A stretch of 64,000 bases of DNA from a virus, in the IMG/VR virus record IMGVR_UViG_3300042922_000850, positions 32,001-96,000 of that record; one strand, 5' to 3'. Under the pieces are notes generated by a model, which ran no database searches, was not told where the DNA came from, and saw only the letters and a program-made list of their open reading frames with translations. The number at the start of each line of letters is the position of its first letter. Within the stretch, counting starts at the first letter, position 1. The translations under genes were made by a program, and so were the position numbers. Below are positions 56,954 through 63,689 of this stretch, in pieces.

Positions 56954-57109
56954 ATGAATACCTCAATCAAAATAACTATTAAAGTACTTGGTTTTGTACC
57001 ATCGGTGTTTTTGAATTTAGCTTTGATATCTGCGGGTACAGGGGTAGCGCTAAGTGCTGGGAAAAACTTGGTAACGATATGTTCTAATGTAATGAAGACA
57101 GAGTTATAG
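56954..57109 (+). CDS. small hydrophobic protein (51 aa)
   Basis: manual ORF; AAGGAGG RBS. Confidence 0.55.
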   Translation: MNTSIKITIKVLGFVPSVFLNLALISAGTGVALSAGKNLVTICSNVMKTEL

Positions 57110-57215
57110 CAGAGATATAGCAAGGAAGACAGAGTGGCAGTGCCACTCTGTCTTCACCATTATACCGCTTTTATCTGGTATAAGTAATAAAATAAAGAGA
57201 ATGGAGAATTTGATC

Positions 57216-57413
57216 ATGGAAGAGAAATTATACACAGAACAAGAAGTAATCGAGCATATGATAAGAGCAGTTAAGACTTATAAGGATGGGATAACCCTTG
57301 GCAGAAAAGAGGGAGCAGTAATAGGTATAGTAATTGGGGTGGTATTAGTAGCATCAATAGAAATTGGGAATGCGATTAGCCGAATGAAAGCTAAGAAGGA
57401 GGCAGAGGCGTAA
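57216..57413 (+). CDS. single-TM cassette protein
   Basis: GGAG RBS; GAVIGIVIGVVL. Confidence 0.65.
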   Translation: MEEKLYTEQEVIEHMIRAVKTYKDGITLGRKEGAVIGIVIGVVLVASIEIGNAISRMKAKKEAEA

Positions 57414-57485
57414 GCCTCTACTCTTTATTTTCTACTATTTTCTGGTACAAGAGATAAAATAAAGAGAATAGAGGAGAAATTAACT

Positions 57486-57632
57486 ATGGGAGCAAAAATC
57501 AGGATGGCAATAAGAACAATTGAAGCAATACAAGCAATGGGAGCAGTAATAGTAGTTGCGGCAGCAGCATATGGTGTAGGTTATAAACAAGGACACGAAG
57601 ACGGGCGGAGACAAGGCGTTAGATATAGATAA
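57486..57632 (+). CDS. single-TM cassette protein (48 aa) with GYKQGHEDG
   Basis: manual ORF; GAGGAG RBS. Confidence 0.65.
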   Translation: MGAKIRMAIRTIEAIQAMGAVIVVAAAAYGVGYKQGHEDGRRQGVRYR

Positions 57633-57801
57633 ATAGATGATTAACAGGGTGAGGAGCAATAGGCTCCTCCTGTTATTTGTCTGACCACGCCCACCACGTG
57701 CGCGATGTTTACAGCATGGTTATAAACTGCTATAAATTCTTGTATAAGTAATAAAAGAAGAACAACAATGTTCTTCCAAATATATTTTATGGAGGGTTTT
57801 C

Positions 57802-58050
57802 ATGAAAAAAACCGCATTTTATTTTAATGTAATACGTATAAGGTTATTTGGCACAAAAGAAGAGAGAGAAGACGAAAGAAGAGTGAGAAATCTTTATAAT
57901 AATATGATAATCGGATATATGGAAAAAGAAGGGCTGAAGAGCAAGCGAAAGGCAGAACGGCAATTAATTAACAGTCTAGAATTTTCTGCTCAAGAGGCAA
58001 GGAAAAAACGCGAAGAACAACGAAAATTGTGGAGGAAAGGTAATGTTTAA
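57802..58050 (+). CDS. small protein, family with 53528
   Basis: LFGTKEERE...YNN.I.GYMEK. Confidence 0.65.
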   Translation: MKKTAFYFNVIRIRLFGTKEEREDERRVRNLYNNMIIGYMEKEGLKSKRKAERQLINSLEFSAQEARKKREEQRKLWRKGNV

Positions 58051-58234
58051 AGTAAAGGTATTTCCAGTCCCGTTTCGCAATATCGGGCTCGGATGTTATA
58101 TTGACACCCTCCATATAGGTCTTATCCCATTTATTAATCTTATTACAATGGAAGACACCCCATCCAGGCACCGAATTGATATTGGTTGGCTGTGCTTTTC
58201 TATCTTAATCCTTACCGGAAAGCGCAATACCTAA
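58043..58234 (+). CDS. small hypothetical protein
   Basis: 63 aa; GGAGG RBS. Confidence 0.5.
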   Translation: MFKVKVFPVPFRNIGLGCYIDTLHIGLIPFINLITMEDTPSRHRIDIGWLCFSILILTGKRNT

Positions 58235-58247
58235 CCACGCCCACCAC

Positions 58248-58356
58248 GTGTGTCACACTACCTAGTAAATATATAAGGGGAGTGTGACACACAGTATGTT
58301 GTCAACCGCATATGATTGCAAACCAAGCTTGCAATCATATGCGGTTGACAACATAC
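58248..58356. repeat. tandem hairpins: 12-bp IR (58248-58292) and perfect 28-bp IR with 7-nt loop (58294-58356)
   Basis: GTATGTTGTCAACCGCATATGATTGCAA-ACCAAGC-TTGCAATCATATGCGGTTGACAACATAC. Confidence 0.9.
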
Positions 58357-58426
58357 ACTATACCGGTCTTTAATTCACGCCCTTTTCTGGTACAAGAAAT
58401 AAAACAAACAATAGGAGGAAGATAAA

Positions 58427-58624
58427 ATGAAAATCGGAACAGTAGTAGTAATCAGTACATTAACAGCAGCATTAGGATTTACAATAGGCATATTTGTAGG
58501 CGCAGTAGCAGGTGCAATAGCAGTATCAGAAATAATAACAGATAAGGAAGATGAAGACAGCAACGAAAGTGAAAGCAGTAATGAAAGTGAAAGCAGTAAA
58601 GACGTCTTCTCATTCCTTGTATAA
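58427..58624 (+). CDS. single-TM cassette protein, acidic tail
   Basis: 65 aa; stop codon lies inside the next promoter motif. Confidence 0.65.
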   Translation: MKIGTVVVISTLTAALGFTIGIFVGAVAGAIAVSEIITDKEDEDSNESESSNESESSKDVFSFLV

Positions 58625-58655
58625 GTAATAAAATAAAGAGAAAGGAGAGAGTATT

Positions 58656-58856
58656 ATGCAAAGCAGTATTACAATAGACGGCGGAGTTAATTTAGAAGCA
58701 CAAGAGATTAAAATAAGTAATATAGAAGGAAAGGCTGTCATTGAAATTGGAGCAATAAAAACAATTTTAGACGAAGGGGAATCTATTACAATCAAGTGTC
58801 AACAGGGGTTGCAATCATTAGAAATAGGGGATTTTGTCGTAGCATCAAAACAGTGA
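58656..58856 (+). CDS. hypothetical cassette protein
   Basis: 66 aa; AAGGAG RBS. Confidence 0.65.
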   Translation: MQSSITIDGGVNLEAQEIKISNIEGKAVIEIGAIKTILDEGESITIKCQQGLQSLEIGDFVVASKQ

Positions 58857-58932
58857 TAGTGAAGAGGGGTTAAACCCCCTCTTCTTTCCTCGTATAAGTA
58901 ATAAAATAAAGAACGCAGAGGAGGAAGAATAT

Positions 58933-59136
58933 ATGGATTTAACAGCAGTGATAGCAAGAGTAAGAGCAGATGGTCACACTATAAGAGAGACAGAAAGTAC
59001 ATATCAGTTTTATGCAAATGACGAGTATATTAAATCGTTAGAAGTAAGAGGATTATTAGTGAAGGGAGATTGTCATAAGATAAGGAATAGCACATTTAGG
59101 CTATACAAAGAAAAATGGTACAAAAGGGCAAAGTAA
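58933..59136 (+). CDS. hypothetical cassette protein
   Basis: 67 aa; GAGGAGG RBS. Confidence 0.65.
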   Translation: MDLTAVIARVRADGHTIRETESTYQFYANDEYIKSLEVRGLLVKGDCHKIRNSTFRLYKEKWYKRAK

Positions 59137-59217
59137 TTGCCCTTTTGTCTCTTCTCTCATAAAATCCTTTATCTTATTGTATAAGTAATAAAATAAGAGA
59201 AAGGAGGTAATTTATAT

Positions 59218-59346
59218 ATGAAAGATAAGATAAAGGATTTAAGTACGGCAATGATGATAGTCATTACAGTAGGAGCAGCAGTTATAGCTGGAGCAATTGT
59301 ATTAGTTATATCTCGAATTAGAGATGCGATTAAGGGGAGACTTTAA
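59218..59346 (+). CDS. single-TM peptide (42 aa)
   Basis: manual ORF; AAGGAGGT RBS. Confidence 0.6.
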   Translation: MKDKIKDLSTAMMIVITVGAAVIAGAIVLVISRIRDAIKGRL

Positions 59347-59348
59347 TT

Positions 59349-59549
59349 ATGATGGTATTGATCGGGAGGATATTTAAAAACGTATTTGGCAAGAAAATGC
59401 AAGTAGATGATGTACAAGTTTTAGTTGAGGACCATGATGAAATAGTCTATCAATATATGAAGACTAATAAAGTAGATAGAGCAGCCGCAGAGAAGGAAGT
59501 AAACAAAATGATATTGGACTTAAAGGTAGTGAGAGAAAAGAGAGGTTAA
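59349..59549 (+). CDS. small protein, family with 53528
   Basis: IVYQYMKTNKVDRAAAEKEVN. Confidence 0.6.
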   Translation: MMVLIGRIFKNVFGKKMQVDDVQVLVEDHDEIVYQYMKTNKVDRAAAEKEVNKMILDLKVVREKRG

Positions 59550-59628
59550 AACCTCTCTTTCACTATCATCTGGTATAAGTTATAAAACAAGAGAAGTCTT
59601 GTTATTTTATTTTTAAGGAGGTAAGGTT

Positions 59629-59847
59629 ATGTCCAACCCAATTAGGGACTGTGCAAATGCCCATAAGCGCACGGGAGAAATGTTAAATGATTTTCTTTAT
59701 GAAGATGGAAAACCATTATTGAAAGGAGGTAAACCGGGTGTGCGTAAGGACCATACAAAAGAAGAATTAGAACAGATGCTAGAAGGGATATTAATAAGTT
59801 CTTTTGAAAATTATAATGATATTGCGAATGAACTTGGCTGGGAATGA
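59629..59847 (+). CDS. hypothetical protein
   Basis: 72 aa; AAGGAGGT RBS. Confidence 0.6.
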   Translation: MSNPIRDCANAHKRTGEMLNDFLYEDGKPLLKGGKPGVRKDHTKEELEQMLEGILISSFENYNDIANELGWE

Positions 59848-59868
59848 TTTATATTAAGGAGGAGAAAG

Positions 59869-60201
59869 ATGAGCAACCAGAAGAAAAGATATTTTATCAT
59901 CACAATAATAGCACTTGTAGCTGTTATTGCAGGAGGCACTATTTTTAATAGCCGACTATTAGGTTCTATCGGATTAACAGCTTATGTAATAAATGCCACA
60001 ATAGACCTTGTACTTGCTTTTAAAAGAGATGAATTAATTTCACTAAGAGACCTGAGAATTTACAAAGAGTTTTTTGTGGACAATAAAGGCGTTTACATCT
60101 CGGCGGTTCTAATGTTTATAATAACATTACTGACCCCTGTAGTAATGTATGCTTTCTTTATAATCATCTGGATAAATACGATCAAAGAGTTTATAGGTTA
60201 A
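59869..60201 (+). CDS. multi-TM membrane protein
   Basis: 110 aa hydrophobic. Confidence 0.65.
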   Translation: MSNQKKRYFIITIIALVAVIAGGTIFNSRLLGSIGLTAYVINATIDLVLAFKRDELISLRDLRIYKEFFVDNKGVYISAVLMFIITLLTPVVMYAFFIIIWINTIKEFIG

Positions 60202-60213
60202 GGAGGAAAGATT

Positions 60214-61104
60214 ATGGATTTATATTCAGTTGGACTAATGATTACTAAGCGGTGTAATTTCCATTGCGGGCATTGTATGTTTTCATGCAACGCAAAGGGT
60301 GACAATATGTCTGATGAGGTAATTAAAGCTGCAGGCTATTTTATTAGAGAAAATAACGTTGACCATGTAGCCATCTACGGCGGAGAACCATTTTTAAACA
60401 TCCCGCTCTTTGATAAAGTGCTTGACGAAGTTTATGATAGGGATATAGGATTTTTTGTGTCTACAAATGGGAGTTTTATGGGATCCAAGGCAAAAAGAGA
60501 GTATGTGTATAAACTGTTGTGTCGGATGAAAAACAATAGCTCTGAATTTACGGGCATCAGGGTATCAAACACCGTTTTTCATAATGCGTGTCGAACAGAA
60601 AAACAAAAGGCGTCTATCAAACAATTAAAATGGTGGATTAGTGATCCATATTCTTGGGTCGAAGATAATTATGACAGCTACGAAGAATGCTATGACGAAA
60701 ACCCTTTTGACTTTCCAAGGGGAAGGGGGTCATTATACATTGACCCGGAGAACGCGAGTGAAAAAATGAATCCTAGTGGGCGAGCTTTAAAACATGCTGA
60801 TATTCATGATAAAGCATGTCATTGTTCAATGACATGCAATACAAATGAGATTTATGACGAGTTTGAAATGAATATCAGTACGAACGGGGATATTTCAGTA
60901 TGTTGTTATTGCGACGGATGCGTTGTAGGAAATATACTAGAGGAAAATATTTGTCCAAGCGTAATATTCGAACGTACAAAGAAGCTGAATGAGTTTTTTA
61001 AAGAGAAGTATGATGTTCATCAAAAGACGAAGATGGTAGATATCTGCCAAATATGTAAGAAATACCGGATTGGACCAGATGGCATAAGAAAATATAGGAG
61101 GTAG
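60214..61104 (+). CDS. radical SAM protein with C-terminal Cys cluster (SPASM/twitch-like)
   Basis: CNFHCGHC, GGEPF, STNG; GDISVCC...GNI...CQIC. Confidence 0.87.
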   Translation: MDLYSVGLMITKRCNFHCGHCMFSCNAKGDNMSDEVIKAAGYFIRENNVDHVAIYGGEPFLNIPLFDKVLDEVYDRDIGFFVSTNGSFMGSKAKREYVYKLLCRMKNNSSEFTGIRVSNTVFHNACRTEKQKASIKQLKWWISDPYSWVEDNYDSYEECYDENPFDFPRGRGSLYIDPENASEKMNPSGRALKHADIHDKACHCSMTCNTNEIYDEFEMNISTNGDISVCCYCDGCVVGNILEENICPSVIFERTKKLNEFFKEKYDVHQKTKMVDICQICKKYRIGPDGIRKYRR

Positions 61105-61110
61105 TACATA

Positions 61111-61383
61111 GTGGCGATATACGAAATAACGATCACAAGAACAATTGAAGAGAAGCAAAAAATTTATGTTGAAAGCAGCACTGGGGTAATTCATAAGGTC
61201 CTCAGTAAACAAAATAATATCGACCAGAGTTTGGAGAGTTATGTTAAGAACGTTGGGAGAGAAATTGAAATATTAGATAAAGAGAAACCTAAGGTAAGAA
61301 AGCTCACAATGGGTTCAATATCACATTGGTGCAAACGAATTGGTCCAGGACAATATATTTGGAATGATGCACCGGGGAGGTAA
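61111..61383 (+). CDS. hypothetical protein
   Basis: 90 aa; AGGAGGT RBS. Confidence 0.6.
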   Translation: MAIYEITITRTIEEKQKIYVESSTGVIHKVLSKQNNIDQSLESYVKNVGREIEILDKEKPKVRKLTMGSISHWCKRIGPGQYIWNDAPGR

Positions 61384-61384
61384 T

Positions 61385-61597
61385 ATGACAAGAAAAGAAA
61401 TGTTTGTTAATTGGGCGGTAACTACTTCGGGTGTCTATTTTATAAATGTTATGATGTTTTCATTTACGAATGATATGATGGCCTTCAGAGCGATCAATCC
61501 CACCGCTTATACAGCTGTAGGCATAGGACAAATAATTGCCGATGTTATTTTAATAATAGCTCTTTCTCGTTATCTTTTTAAACGAAAGAGTAAATAA
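61385..61597 (+). CDS. small two-TM protein (MTRKEMF...)
   Basis: GGAGGT RBS. Confidence 0.6.
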   Translation: MTRKEMFVNWAVTTSGVYFINVMMFSFTNDMMAFRAINPTAYTAVGIGQIIADVILIIALSRYLFKRKSK

Positions 61598-61639
61598 AAA
61601 TTTTAGGAATAAAAATATTCTGGTATAAGAAAGAAAAGG

Positions 61640-61711
61640 AAAGCAGTAGCTCAGATGGGAGAGCACCAGTATTAATACTGAGGGTGGCAGGTTCGATACC
61701 TGTCTGCTTTT
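61640..61711 (+). tRNA. tRNA-like RNA / pseudo-tRNA with non-canonical anticodon arm
   Basis: acceptor AAAGCAG/CTGCTTT, T8A9, D arm GCTC-AGATGGGA-GAGC, T arm GCAGG-TTCGATA-CCTGT; anticodon arm CAGTATTAATACTG has no 7-nt loop; no encoded CCA. Confidence 0.7.
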
Positions 61712-61783
61712 GTTTTCATTGTTTTTAAAAAACAATGTATTTCTAGTATAAGGAATAAAACAAAACAAAGGAGGTTCATAAGT

Positions 61784-61996
61784 ATGAACGAGGAAGTATA
61801 CGAGACAACAGAAGAGGTAACAGAGGCAGTAGCAGGTATGGATGACAATCGAATAAAGATTGCAGTAGTAGCAGTAGCGGGGGTTGTATTATTAGCAGGA
61901 GCAGGTTTTACATGGCTGAAGTTAAGAAAGAAAAAGAAATTGGCAGTATCAGATGCAGACATCGATTTAGATGAAGTTGCAGCAGACGAACAATAA
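61784..61996 (+). CDS. single-TM cassette protein
   Basis: 70 aa; GGAGGT RBS. Confidence 0.7.
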   Translation: MNEEVYETTEEVTEAVAGMDDNRIKIAVVAVAGVVLLAGAGFTWLKLRKKKKLAVSDADIDLDEVAADEQ

Positions 61997-62093
61997 GGTT
62001 TAAGAACCGGGGGCATATGCCCTTGGTTCTTTTCTGCTAATTGAGCGGATTTTATTGTATAAGAAATAAAACAAATGAAAGGAGAATTAAAGT

Positions 62094-62279
62094 ATGGACG
62101 CAACAACAGATAAGAAAGTAGGAGAGGTATTAGTACAGACAATTGTATTAACTTCAAAAGAAGGAACATTAAAAGGATTTATCGCAGGATGTATTGTAAC
62201 AGGGATAGCAATAGGTGGTATTTATATTGCAAACAAACATGGAATAGCAATTAAAAGCTTCATCAAAGAAAAGATTTAA
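62094..62279 (+). CDS. single-TM cassette protein
   Basis: 61 aa; AAGGAG RBS. Confidence 0.65.
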   Translation: MDATTDKKVGEVLVQTIVLTSKEGTLKGFIAGCIVTGIAIGGIYIANKHGIAIKSFIKEKI

Positions 62280-62360
62280 ATATATAGGAGGCGCTTGCCT
62301 CCTATATTCTTTCTTTTGATGTTGAATTTTCTTGTATAAGAAATAAAAGAATAATAGATA

Positions 62361-62552
62361 ATGGAGGATACGAGAATGAGAAAGTTGATAAGAAGAAAAA
62401 TCAAAGAGACAATGGTAAGCGTAGGATTTAAGTTAGTAACTACAGTTATGGCACTTGTAATGACGGCAAAAGAGTTGTGGAATATGAGAGAAACCAGGAA
62501 AGACATTAATAAAATGAAAAGAATGTGGAGCGAATGGGCAAACGAAAAATAA
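62361..62552 (+). CDS. small cassette protein
   Basis: 63 aa; true start may be the second Met after GGAGG. Confidence 0.6.
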   Translation: MEDTRMRKLIRRKIKETMVSVGFKLVTTVMALVMTAKELWNMRETRKDINKMKRMWSEWANEK

Positions 62553-62581
62553 AGAAAAGAGGAGGCGTTGCCTCCTCTAAG

Positions 62582-63547
62582 TCATTTTTTTATTCCAAAT
62601 AAGCTACTAACATAATCGGATACATTCTTGCTAGCGACTATAGGGGCTCTTTTTTTGAAATTTTCTTCTGCTACTTGCTTTTCCATTTGGTCAGCAAGTT
62701 TTTTATCATAAACACCGCTATCACCATATTTTAAACCATAAGTTTCATAAGTTTTACCCTTCTGAAACTTCTTAGCGCCAGGATACATTTTTAAATATTT
62801 AGGGTCTGCAGTTTCTCCTGAAGTGGCCCGAAGTGCTTTATAGAAATTTCTTGTGTGCAAAGGAGCAACTGCAACATTAGCAGATTCCCTTGCAATTACT
62901 TTGGGAGATACGTGAGCACTATTGCCGATTTGCTCTGGCCGAAAATCATGTTTAATCATGCCATTCTTCTTGTTTTTTAATTTCTTCTCAACCTGTTGAG
63001 TAGCTCTGTTTTCATCTACTTCATGTCTAAGACTAATCGCCTTATTCCATTTATCAAAATCTTTTTTTACCGGTTTACTCATGCTAAAAACATGTTCTTT
63101 CTGATAAACATTATCTGCAAACTCTTGGTCAATTTTTGATTTTGATGGTGCATAAGCTACCCTGCTCTTCGACACAGATCCGGCACCGTCTTTTACTCCG
63201 GATATACTCCGAGAAGCGGCTTCAAAATTTACCTTCAGCGCTTTTTCAGCAGGATTAATACCCTTGCTTTTAAATTTTTGTTCGGCTACATATTCTGCAT
63301 TAGGCTTATGGATATCCTTAAACAGTGCTTTTCCATAAGTTAGTGGATTGGATGTTGTCTTAACCTTATAATCTTTAGCGATTGCTTTCGTTCCCTTTTC
63401 CAATCCCTTTAGTTCCCTGTTGTAATTTAGGATATTCTTTTTTACTAACTCTCTACGAGCAAGATCAGATAAAGTACCGAGTTCTCGTTTCCATGCTCTA
63501 CTGGCTTCTTTATAAATTAGTTCTTCATATGCTGCGATTTTATCCAT
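62582..63547 (-). CDS. MDKIA-tagged protein with HExxE motif (paralog of 18395-19258)
   Basis: MDKIAAYEELIYKEA; RHEVDE...HVSPKVIARES; own TGaTATAAT at 63581-63589. Confidence 0.65.
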   Translation of the reverse strand: MDKIAAYEELIYKEASRAWKRELGTLSDLARRELVKKNILNYNRELKGLEKGTKAIAKDYKVKTTSNPLTYGKALFKDIHKPNAEYVAEQKFKSKGINPAEKALKVNFEAASRSISGVKDGAGSVSKSRVAYAPSKSKIDQEFADNVYQKEHVFSMSKPVKKDFDKWNKAISLRHEVDENRATQQVEKKLKNKKNGMIKHDFRPEQIGNSAHVSPKVIARESANVAVAPLHTRNFYKALRATSGETADPKYLKMYPGAKKFQKGKTYETYGLKYGDSGVYDKKLADQMEKQVAEENFKKRAPIVASKNVSDYVSSLFGIKK

Positions 63548-63689
63548 CTATACAAGTCTCCTTTGCTTGGGTTTAGAATAATTATATCACGACCTCGCCC
63601 ACAACGCACTTCACTGCATTTCACCGTACCCTTTATTCCATGCTCTTTTCTAGTATAAGAAATAAAACAATACATAGGAGGAAAATAGC

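Larger units (their letters stand above)
53149..63667 (+). repeat. array of promoter-ORF-terminator cassettes; motif copies at 53149, 53493, 53834, 54272, 54628, 54991, 55585, 56881, 57178, 57445, 57742, 58390, 58619, 58892, 59179, 59573, 61623, 61746, 62057, 62334, 63653
   Basis: 21 copies of the motif, nearly all followed by RBS, short ORF(s) and hairpin. Confidence 0.85.

Noticed and set aside
58562-58599. 18-bp tandem duplication (NESESS x2)
   Set aside because: Simple slippage in an acidic tail; no wider pattern.
61640-61711. Functional ochre-suppressor (TTA) or Leu (TAA) tRNA implying recoding
   Set aside because: No register gives a 5-bp stem with a 7-nt loop, U33 and purine 37; TAA, TAG and TGA all act as ordinary stops and gene density is normal in code 11.
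53149-63667. Repeat array as a CRISPR array or integron
   Set aside because: Spacers are 200-600 bp ORFs with their own promoters, repeats are degenerate and irregular, and there is no cas or integrase gene and no attC GTTRRRY/RYYYAAC structure.
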